Positions 24,987-32,000 of a DNA stretch of 32,000 bases are shown here, piece by piece. This DNA is from Nitrososphaerota archaeon (GTDB lineage Archaea > Thermoproteota > Nitrososphaeria > Nitrososphaerales > Nitrosopumilaceae). The notes under the pieces are model-generated. The model searched no databases. It was given only the letters and a program-made list of their open reading frames with translations, and was not told the origin of the DNA. The position numbers were made by a program, and so were the translations under genes. How positions within the stretch are numbered: the first letter of the stretch is position 1; every line of letters starts with the position of its first letter. Location of the stretch: assembly GCA_005877205.1 (NCBI GenBank), contig VBPL01000016.1, positions 1,643 through 33,642 of the forward strand. Reading direction: 5' to 3'.

Positions 24987-25805
24987 TTGAAGCGAATAGG
25001 GCTACTAGGATGCGGTGCCATTGGTACGGAGATCGCACTAGCAATAGATTCTGGAAAAATTTCAGCGAAATTGACTCATATCTATGACTTTTCTAAGAAT
25101 GCATCTGCCATGCTTGCTAACAAATTACAAAACAAGCCACAAATAACAGAAAATGTTAGTTTACTGGCTACCGCTCCTGTTGACCTGATAGTAGAGGCAG
25201 CATCGCAAGATGCTGTTAGGGATAATGCCCTGAGCATACTTCAAAATAGGAAAGATCTGATGATTATGAGTGTTGGTGCACTCGTAGATGAATCAATATT
25301 TGACGTAATACTTGATGGTTGTATGGATTTCAATAAACAAGTGTACCTCCCATCCGGTGCAATAATAGGACTTGATGGAATACGATCTGTAAAGGATGAG
25401 ATCGAGTCGGTGATTCTTGTTACAACAAAAAATCCAAAGGCTCTCAAAGGAGCTATTTTCTTTGAAACTTCAAAAATTGATTTAGACTCGATAAAAGAAG
25501 CTACTACAATATACGAAGGAAGTGCACAAGAAGCAGTCAAACTATTTCCTGCAAACGTAAACGTAGCTGCCCTTTTGAGCTTGGCAGGAATTGGTAGCCA
25601 AAAAACCAGAGTTAAGATAATAGCAGATCCTTCTACTGACAAAAATATTCACGAAATACAAACACAAGGAAAATTCGGAAGGTTTTCTATTAAAGTAGAA
25701 AACATTCCAAGTGAAAGCAATCCGAAAACAAGTAGACTTGCCATCTTGTCTGCTATTGAATGCCTTAGAAAGATTTGTGGAAGCGATATTCAGCTAGGCA
25801 CCTGA
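24987..25805 (+). CDS. nadX: L-aspartate dehydrogenase (NadX type)
   Basis: N-terminal GLLGCGAIG Rossmann motif. The KLFPANVNVAALLSLAGIG block is characteristic of the aspartate dehydrogenase (DUF108) family. It is adjacent to nadA and nadC. TTG start, with no in-frame ATG upstream of the Rossmann motif. Confidence 0.85.
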   Translation: MKRIGLLGCGAIGTEIALAIDSGKISAKLTHIYDFSKNASAMLANKLQNKPQITENVSLLATAPVDLIVEAASQDAVRDNALSILQNRKDLMIMSVGALVDESIFDVILDGCMDFNKQVYLPSGAIIGLDGIRSVKDEIESVILVTTKNPKALKGAIFFETSKIDLDSIKEATTIYEGSAQEAVKLFPANVNVAALLSLAGIGSQKTRVKIIADPSTDKNIHEIQTQGKFGRFSIKVENIPSESNPKTSRLAILSAIECLRKICGSDIQLGT

Positions 25806-25878
25806 ATGGCAAATATTGCCACAATGTGTCTCTATGGAATCAAATTTGTCAACTTACTGATGCTTTAAATGATATGAA

Positions 25879-26838
25879 ATGGCAACTTTCTCTGGACAAA
25901 TGGATATAAAATCAGAAATTCTAAAGCTAAAGAAAGAAAAGGGTGTGCTGATTCTAGCGCATAATTATCAGATTCCTGACATTCAAGATGTTGCAGACTA
26001 TGTAGGTGATTCATTAGGACTGTCAAGACAAGCCGCAAAGACTGATCATAAGACAATTCTCTTTTGCGGAGTACATTTTATGGCGGAAACAGCCGCAATT
26101 ACTTGCCCAGACAAGAAAGTTCTAATTCCGGATCTTGCTGCTGGGTGCTCTCTTTCAGACACCATTACAGCTGAACAGTTACGAAAATGGAAGAGCGAAC
26201 ATCCAAGGGCTGTCACAGTGGGCTATGTTAATACGACAGCGGAAGTCAAAGCAGAACTTGATTATTGCTGTACATCATCAAATGCAATAAATGTAGTAAA
26301 ATCAATTTCTACTGATAAGGAAATATTGTTTCTACCAGATATGTTCTTAGGATCGTACGTTGCTAAGATGACAAACAGGAAGAACATGTACATTTGGGCA
26401 GGGGAATGTCACGTTCATGCAGGAATAAGATCGCAAGATGTTCAACAAAAATTAAGAGAATTTGCAAATGCCGAATTTCTAGTGCATCCGGAGTGTAGTT
26501 GTACTTCATCTGTCATGTATGATATCGCATCGGGTGATTATGGAATAAGACAGGTACAGATATTGTCCACAGAAGGCATGATGAATTATGCAAGGACTTC
26601 GGGAGCAAAGAATTTCGTTGTAGCGACTGAAACTGGTATACTCTACAGAATGAGAAAACAAAATCCAGGCAAAGAATTCATTCCTGTGTCTGAAAATGCA
26701 GTATGCAAATACATGAAGATGATAACACTAGACAAAGTCTATGCGTCATTAAAAGAAGAAAAATATGAAGTTAGAGTTCCAAGAAACATTGCTCAGAAAG
26801 CACAGTTAGCTATTGAGCGCATGTTGGCAATTAGTTAA
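25879..26838 (+). CDS. nadA: Quinolinate synthase NadA
   Basis: ILAHNYQ, GVHFMAETA and HPEC motifs, and three-domain repeat length (319 aa). Confidence 0.95.
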   Translation: MATFSGQMDIKSEILKLKKEKGVLILAHNYQIPDIQDVADYVGDSLGLSRQAAKTDHKTILFCGVHFMAETAAITCPDKKVLIPDLAAGCSLSDTITAEQLRKWKSEHPRAVTVGYVNTTAEVKAELDYCCTSSNAINVVKSISTDKEILFLPDMFLGSYVAKMTNRKNMYIWAGECHVHAGIRSQDVQQKLREFANAEFLVHPECSCTSSVMYDIASGDYGIRQVQILSTEGMMNYARTSGAKNFVVATETGILYRMRKQNPGKEFIPVSENAVCKYMKMITLDKVYASLKEEKYEVRVPRNIAQKAQLAIERMLAIS

Positions 26839-27658
26839 CTTCTAAACTCAAGTCTAAACCAGAAACCGAACTAGTTAGTTTTCCCAGAGAAATCATATCT
26901 ACACCAGATTTGGCATACGCCTGGATATTTGAAGCATCTATGCCTCCAGAGGCTTCAATTTTCACCTTGTGGCGGAGGCCTAGTCGTTTCAAAACTTTGA
27001 TTATTTTTGAAATCTCTACTGGATGAATGTTATCAATCATGATAATGGATGCACCTTCCCTTGCGGCTATAATTGCATCTCTAAGATTTTCTACTTCTAC
27101 CTCTATTTTTTTGTGCTTTCTTTTTGCATGCCGAATCATTTGTGATAAAGAATCAGCTATTGCAATGTGGTTGTCTTTTATCAAAATCATTTGGTCAAGA
27201 GACGTGCGATGCTTGTAGCCTCCACCTATCTCGACAGCTTCTTTGTCAAACATGCGTAGGCCTGGTGCAGTCTTCCTCGTTGAGTACAATCTTACTCTGG
27301 AATTTACACTCCTAATCATTCTCACTATGGCGTTGGTTTGGGTTGCAATACCACTCATTCTTGAGAGCAAATTGAGTGCAGTCCTTTCGCAGGACAACAC
27401 TGAATAAGCGGGTCCAGAAACGGTCATAATTTTCTGGTTTTGTCTTATTTTTTTCCCATCTTTTGTGTAAATCCTCACGCTACACTTTCTTGAAACAAAA
27501 ATTTGCCTTGCGTATTGTACTCCAGCAATTATTCCTTCCTGACGCGAAATTATACTTGCAGAGACTTTTTTTCTTGGTAGAAGTTTGCTTGTAATATCCC
27601 CTTTGCCTATATCTTCTGCAAGAAATGTTTCTAGAGCTTTCTTTGCACTAGCTTGCAA
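26831..27658 (-). CDS. nadC: Nicotinate-nucleotide pyrophosphorylase (quinolinate phosphoribosyltransferase) NadC
   Basis: ERTALNLL, RKTAPGLR, LIKDNHI and EASGGI motifs. Confidence 0.95.
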   Translation of the reverse strand: MQASAKKALETFLAEDIGKGDITSKLLPRKKVSASIISRQEGIIAGVQYARQIFVSRKCSVRIYTKDGKKIRQNQKIMTVSGPAYSVLSCERTALNLLSRMSGIATQTNAIVRMIRSVNSRVRLYSTRKTAPGLRMFDKEAVEIGGGYKHRTSLDQMILIKDNHIAIADSLSQMIRHAKRKHKKIEVEVENLRDAIIAAREGASIIMIDNIHPVEISKIIKVLKRLGLRHKVKIEASGGIDASNIQAYAKSGVDMISLGKLTSSVSGLDLSLEVN

Positions 27659-27659
27659 C

Positions 27660-27836
27660 CTAAGTTACCTTGAGAGCGTATTTTCCTTTCTCTGTTATTC
27701 CTAAAGATTTTGCAACAACAGAATTTACAGGATCAACAATAAGAACGGCACCACGCCAATCAGGTGTTAGATCTGATGATTTGCATATTGGACAAACCTT
27801 TCCGATTGTTACACATTTGCATTTGCGACAAGCCAT
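27660..27836 (-). CDS. spt4: Transcription elongation factor Spt4 (RpoE'')
   Basis: MACRKCKCVT...CPICKS four-Cys zinc ribbon followed by WRGAVLIVDP, directly downstream of rpoE'. ATG 27836 is preferred to the GTG at 27848. Confidence 0.9.
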   Translation of the reverse strand: MACRKCKCVTIGKVCPICKSSDLTPDWRGAVLIVDPVNSVVAKSLGITEKGKYALKVT

Positions 27837-27851
27837 CTCCCTGACCACTTG

Positions 27852-28481
27852 CTATCCCTTTGCCTCTATTGTCTTCTTGGCCTTTTCTGGTTGTGCTTGT
27901 GCTGACTTGGCTTTTTCTGGCTGTGCTTGAGATGACTTGGACTTTTTTATCTCCGCTTCTATCCATTCATCAGCACCTAGGAAAGGCTGTCTGCACGTTA
28001 TTCCTACTTTCATTGTCGCTGTCTTTCCAAGTGATACTGCAGTAATTCTTGCTCTAAGGGTTGTCCCAATCTTCATTGTTCTTCCACTTTGATTTGCCAA
28101 CACCATTCCAGATTTCACGTCGCTCTTTAGGTAATCGTCCATTATTTGTGAAAGGTGCAAAAGTGCATCTGTCGCTCCAATTCTAACAAATGCCCCAAAG
28201 TCAGTAATTTCAACAATCTCTCCTCTTACAATTTCTTGAAGCTTGGGATAGAATGTTAAAGCTGTGAATTCTACTCGGTGATAAGTACCTCCATCGCCTG
28301 CAATGATTTTTCCCATCTTCTCTACCTTGGTGTCTAGTATCATTATGACGTATCCGAGTTCTGGATTTATCATACTCTCATATTTTTCTCTCAAAATTGT
28401 TGTGCCTGCCTTCTTCAATGACTCGCCGAACAACTTTGGAGGAATTCTAACTACATCAGTAAGAGTTGATATAGAAAACAT
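27852..28481 (-). CDS. rpoE: DNA-directed RNA polymerase subunit E' (Rpo7) with a Lys-rich repeat tail
   Basis: The N-terminal Rpo7 fold pattern is MFSISTLTDVVRIPPKLFG. There is an S1 domain (GEIVEITDFGAFVRIG) and a C-terminal extension KSSQAQPEKAKSAQAQPEKAKK. Confidence 0.9.
   Translation of the reverse strand: MFSISTLTDVVRIPPKLFGESLKKAGTTILREKYESMINPELGYVIMILDTKVEKMGKIIAGDGGTYHRVEFTALTFYPKLQEIVRGEIVEITDFGAFVRIGATDALLHLSQIMDDYLKSDVKSGMVLANQSGRTMKIGTTLRARITAVSLGKTATMKVGITCRQPFLGADEWIEAEIKKSKSSQAQPEKAKSAQAQPEKAKKTIEAKG
27876..27948. repeat. Tandem 30-bp repeat (2.4 copies) inside the 3' end of rpoE'
   Basis: cttggccttttctggttgtgcttgtgctga (27876-27905) and cttggctttttctggctgtgcttgagatga (27906-27935) share 26/30 identity. 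A partial third copy cttggactttttt follows. Confidence 0.85.
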
Positions 28482-28578
28482 CCAAAAAAAGTGGCAAAAA
28501 TTGAATTTATGAATCTTTGGATAATTTGAATGCTAATTTTGCCTATGTTTAAATATCGTCTTGAGAATTTTTTATCAG

Positions 28579-29667
28579 ATGGTATCTGTTGATGAAGTAT
28601 TGCAGACATTGAGTACTGTAATTGACCCAGATCTCAAAAAAGACATTGTCTCAATGGGTATGATAAAAGATCTTGAGATAAATGGAAATGATCTAAAATT
28701 TACCTTAGAATTAACTACTCCTGCATGTCCTTTCAATGACCAGATTGAAGGAGATGTCAGAAAGGCAATTTCGACAATCAAGGCAATATCAAAAGTTGAT
28801 CTGAAAGTAACTGCTAGAGTGATGGAAGGTCGTGCACTTAGCATGGACGAGATCCTTCCTACTGTCAAAAACATTATTGGCGTTGCAAGTGGAAAAGGTG
28901 GAGTTGGCAAGACTACAGTTGCCGTCAATCTTGCATTGGCTCTTGCTCAAACAGGGGCAAAAGTAGGGATTCTTGACGCCGATATTTATGGTCCAAGTGT
29001 GCCACTGATGCTTGGAATGGGTAAATCTGCACTGGAGGTTGACAATAATAAATTGCAACCTGCTGAAACACATGGATTGAAAGTTGTGTCATTTGGATTC
29101 TTTGCTGATCAAGAACACCAAGCAGCAATTTACCGAGGTCCAATAATTTCTGGAATTCTCAAACAATTCCTTGTTGATACTAATTGGAGTGATCTTGATT
29201 ATCTTATTGTGGACCTTCCACCAGGTACAGGAGATATACCGTTAACTCTGGCCCAAACAATTCCAATAACGGGGATTGTGGTTGTTACTACTCCTCAAGA
29301 AGTTGCAAGTAACGTTGCAGTGAAAGCATTTGGAATGTTTCAAAAACTCAACGTGCCAATTATTGGAGTAATAGAAAACATGAGTTATTTCAAATGTCAA
29401 AGCTGTGATACTAACCATTTTATTTTCGGAAAGGCTGGTGCTAAGAGAATGAGTGAAAAATACAATCTACCATTCTTAGGCGAGATTCCTCTTAATCCCG
29501 GTATAATGGAGGGATCGGACACTGGAAGGCCAGTACTTGTTACTGATCCGAATTCTCCACACGCTCAATCATTTATGACTGTGGCAAAGAACGTAGCGGC
29601 CCGATGCAGTGTAATAGCTGCCCAGTTGAGCGAAGAGATGAAGACTGAAGTAGCTACACAAAAATAG
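28579..29667 (+). CDS. Mrp/ApbC/NBP35-family Fe-S cluster carrier ATPase with an N-terminal DUF59 (MIP18-like) domain
   Basis: DUF59 pattern (VIDPDLKKDIVSMGMI...TTPACP), deviant Walker A SGKGGVGKTT and the CxxC pair FKCQSCD. The ATG at 28579 is preferred to the TTG at 28561. Confidence 0.9.
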   Translation: MVSVDEVLQTLSTVIDPDLKKDIVSMGMIKDLEINGNDLKFTLELTTPACPFNDQIEGDVRKAISTIKAISKVDLKVTARVMEGRALSMDEILPTVKNIIGVASGKGGVGKTTVAVNLALALAQTGAKVGILDADIYGPSVPLMLGMGKSALEVDNNKLQPAETHGLKVVSFGFFADQEHQAAIYRGPIISGILKQFLVDTNWSDLDYLIVDLPPGTGDIPLTLAQTIPITGIVVVTTPQEVASNVAVKAFGMFQKLNVPIIGVIENMSYFKCQSCDTNHFIFGKAGAKRMSEKYNLPFLGEIPLNPGIMEGSDTGRPVLVTDPNSPHAQSFMTVAKNVAARCSVIAAQLSEEMKTEVATQK

Positions 29668-29686
29668 AACAAAACAAAGTTATCTT

Positions 29687-30181
29687 GTGCATCTGCCTGA
29701 AAGCTTGCGTGATAATTTGAAGAAACCTCTGGGGTTCCTCCTCAAAGACTCGGAAGTTACAAAGGAAAATATTTTGAAAAACATCTCGAAAGGAACATTT
29801 CTCATCACAGTAGGTGATGCCACTACTGAAAAGATGATCAGGTTTGGTATGAACCCCTTGCTTCAGATTGTAGATTCGCTGGAAAAGAGAACCAAAAGAT
29901 CACTTCCTGAAGGAAAGGTAGTAACATTACTTCATTGTGTAAACCCTCCTGCAGAAATTACCGACGACAGTATAGATACAATAAAAAAAGCATTCGTCAT
30001 GGAAAAGCCTGTTAGAATAATCGTGGATGGTGAGGAAGATCTCCTCGTAATTCCAACAGCTTTGCTTGCGCCGGAGGATTCTGTTATTTTATACGGCCAG
30101 CCTAACGAGGGTATAGTTATTGTTAAAGTAAATCAGGAGATAAGAAATAAGGCCAAGTTGATTATGAATTCTATGAGTTAA
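29687..30181 (+). CDS. DUF359 protein, archaeal GTP-dependent dephospho-CoA kinase family
   Basis: ITVGDATT...LQIVD...R and DGEEDLLVIPTALLAPEDSVILYGQPNEGIVIVKV match the DUF359 signature. GTP-dependent DPCK function was established for the Thermococcus homologue. GTG start. Confidence 0.7.
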   Translation: MHLPESLRDNLKKPLGFLLKDSEVTKENILKNISKGTFLITVGDATTEKMIRFGMNPLLQIVDSLEKRTKRSLPEGKVVTLLHCVNPPAEITDDSIDTIKKAFVMEKPVRIIVDGEEDLLVIPTALLAPEDSVILYGQPNEGIVIVKVNQEIRNKAKLIMNSMS

Positions 30182-30262
30182 TTGTGGGAGGTGTGTGTAT
30201 AGTGTATTTCCAAAGATATTACATACTGTTGCGTATATTCTGCTAATAATAGGAATTAGTAG

Positions 30263-30628
30263 ATGAAAATACTTGTGGTTGACGACAACAGTAGTATAAC
30301 TGAACTACTCGCAATGTATTTCAAAAAGAAAGGCCATGATTGTATAACCACGAACGACGGGAAAGAGGGATTGTCACTATGTATGAATAATAAGTTTGAT
30401 GCCATCATATTAGATTTGGCTATGCCAGAGTTCACGGGAAAGGATTTTCTTGATTCACTCATTCAAGAGGGAAAAATCGAACAGCAAAAAATAATCGTGT
30501 TGACTGCAATGCCACTTGGCAATGTTAAGATCGAGGATCATCGTCACGGAATTTGTGAGGTGTTGCCTAAACCTTGCAAACTAGATGTTCTTATGAAAAC
30601 TCTAGAATCATTAACTGTAGCTGCGTAG
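30263..30628 (+). CDS. Stand-alone CheY-like response regulator receiver domain
   Basis: VVDDN, ILDLAMPEFTG, VLTAM and LPKP motifs. 121 aa with no output domain. Confidence 0.9.
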   Translation: MKILVVDDNSSITELLAMYFKKKGHDCITTNDGKEGLSLCMNNKFDAIILDLAMPEFTGKDFLDSLIQEGKIEQQKIIVLTAMPLGNVKIEDHRHGICEVLPKPCKLDVLMKTLESLTVAA

Positions 30629-30857
30629 ATGCTGTTTATCTCTCTCAAAAGTAACCCTTCCTGTTCTAATTCTCTAAATTTGAAATCATAATTGCAAGAT
30701 ATTAGAGCGTGGTCTTCTCGTGAATTAGAGGCAAGTCTGTCTTAAGAAATACATACCAGCTCTATTTAGGCGAAAAACGCTCATTCGTACGTGGACACAG
30801 TGGTACATAGATTACATCATCAACCAGCTAATCGAATAGTTATTTTGGTGAGATGAA

Positions 30858-32000
30858 ATGAGACTAGGTCTACAAATTGCCATTATAGTATCCCTGTTTG
30901 CTTGCGTTATGACAGTTATCGGATATGTTTTATTGGTTCAATGGAATAAACCGGCGACATCCACGACCGAAACAGCTGAGTTGATAAGGACTAGCACACC
31001 AATAATATTATTTGGCATTTTCATTTTTATAGTCATGGCAGGGACTATGACCTTTTTAATCCGTTCTGTTACAAATCCAGTAAAAAAACTGCGAGATGCT
31101 GCAGATAAAATCACAAGAGGGAATTTGGATGTTCAACCCAACATCAAAGGGACTACTGAAGTTCGTGACCTCGTCATTTCCTTTAACACTATGGTAAATA
31201 CACTTAAGAAAGCTAAAGAACTTCAATCTGCCGCTGTAGCAAAATACAAAAACCTCTATGAAAACGCGCCAGGTCTATATCGTACAGTTAGCGTGGATGG
31301 AATTATAGCAGACTGTAACAAGTCGTTTGCAGAACATCTGGGATACACGGTGGAGGAAGTTATCGGGACGCATTATAACAAGTACACTGACCCCAAGGAT
31401 GTGGAGGCCATGACGCATTCATTTGAAACTTGGAAGTTGACCGGAGTTGTTAAAAATATTGAAATTTGGCTCAAGACCAAAGGCGGAACCACTTTTCCAA
31501 CACTAATTAGTGTAAGCAATCTTTATGATGAAAAAGGCAACTTGATTGGATGTAACAACGTTATCAGAGACATTTCAGAAATTCACGAAGCAAGAAAAAA
31601 ACGAGAAAAAGATGCAATAATGGATTTACAACTTGCTGAGGTTAAAAAGATGGAAAAACTAAAGGATGAATTTGCCTCTATGATGACGCATGAATTGAAG
31701 ACCCCGCTCACTCCGATAATGGGTCACTGTGAAATGTTAAAAGAGCCTGGTCTACTTGGTGATCTTAATCAAATTCAGTTAGATTCAATTAATAAAATTT
31801 CTGAAAATGCTCTTAGATTGCAGCGACTAATTGGTGATGTAATGCTAGCCCAGAGATTAGAAATTGGTCAAATGAACTTTGATAAGCAGAAATTTGAGGT
31901 GACGAAATTGATGAGTGAGATACATAACGACTATTCCAAAATTATGAACGAAAAACAGATCGAGTTTGTAAATTCAACACAAGAAAACTTAAGTCTATGG
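30858..32000 (+). CDS. Sensor histidine kinase (2 TM, HAMP, PAS, HisKA), 3'-truncated by the window edge
   Basis: Hand translation from ATG 30858 stays open to nt 32000 (381 codons). It has two TM helices, a HAMP-like segment (PVKKLRDAADKITRGNLD) and PAS (YENAPGLYRTVSVDGIIADCNKSFAEHLGY). It also has a coiled coil and the H-box FASMMTHELKTPLTPI. It is absent from the ORF track because there is no stop in the window. Confidence 0.85.
   Translation, partial: MRLGLQIAIIVSLFACVMTVIGYVLLVQWNKPATSTTETAELIRTSTPIILFGIFIFIVMAGTMTFLIRSVTNPVKKLRDAADKITRGNLDVQPNIKGTTEVRDLVISFNTMVNTLKKAKELQSAAVAKYKNLYENAPGLYRTVSVDGIIADCNKSFAEHLGYTVEEVIGTHYNKYTDPKDVEAMTHSFETWKLTGVVKNIEIWLKTKGGTTFPTLISVSNLYDEKGNLIGCNNVIRDISEIHEARKKREKDAIMDLQLAEVKKMEKLKDEFASMMTHELKTPLTPIMGHCEMLKEPGLLGDLNQIQLDSINKISENALRLQRLIGDVMLAQRLEIGQMNFDKQKFEVTKLMSEIHNDYSKIMNEKQIEFVNSTQENLSLW

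Noticed and set aside
25241-25642. A 133-aa minus-strand ORF inside the aspartate dehydrogenase gene.
   Set aside because: It is antisense to a gene with clear family motifs and has no motifs of its own. AT-rich genomes readily yield such shadow ORFs. The same reasoning applies to 10191-10541, 8683-9576, 13663-13935, 28575-29143 and other track ORFs nested in annotated genes.
1-32000. A scan for CRISPR arrays, IS elements or transposases, integrases, prophage genes, and rRNA or tRNA genes.
   Set aside because: I saw no regularly spaced direct repeats, no terminal inverted repeats flanking a transposase-like ORF, and no recombinase motifs in any ORF. I found no rRNA-like or cloverleaf sequences by eye. 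This is a visual search only and would not detect short or degenerate elements.

Overview
This window is low-GC (roughly one third G+C by eye), tightly packed and clearly archaeal. The gene content fits a marine ammonia-oxidising thaumarchaeon (Nitrosopumilus-like), but that placement is inference only. Most of it is housekeeping: the 3' part of EF-2, an SNF2 ATPase, a cupredoxin, purP, tatA/tatC, and a complete nurA-herA-mre11-rad50 operon. It also carries a proline-catabolism pair (P5C dehydrogenase and proline dehydrogenase), a NAD de novo cluster (aspartate dehydrogenase, nadA, nadC), and rpoE'(rpo7)-spt4. The right end holds an Mrp/ApbC Fe-S carrier, a DUF359 dephospho-CoA kinase, two stand-alone CheY receivers and a 3'-truncated HAMP-PAS histidine kinase. 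I found no rRNA, canonical tRNA, CRISPR array, transposase or integrase, and no recognisable defence island. Several plausible genes fall below the 60-aa cutoff of the ORF track: tatA, a C2H2 zinc-finger mini-protein, a 31-aa zinc-ribbon ORF upstream of nurA, and a 59-aa ORF. The loosest, most accessory-like stretch is about 2.0-6.1 kb. The three observations I rate highest are all hypotheses that need database or structure checks. First, a 4-HEAT-repeat protein has His-Glu motifs in repeats 2 and 3, as in one half of eukaryotic deoxyhypusine hydroxylase. Second, a GC-rich ~84-nt extended hairpin sits in an unusually long non-coding gap and is a candidate small RNA. Third, a diverged ~100-bp direct repeat duplicates the last EF-2 codons and brackets a two-gene cassette.
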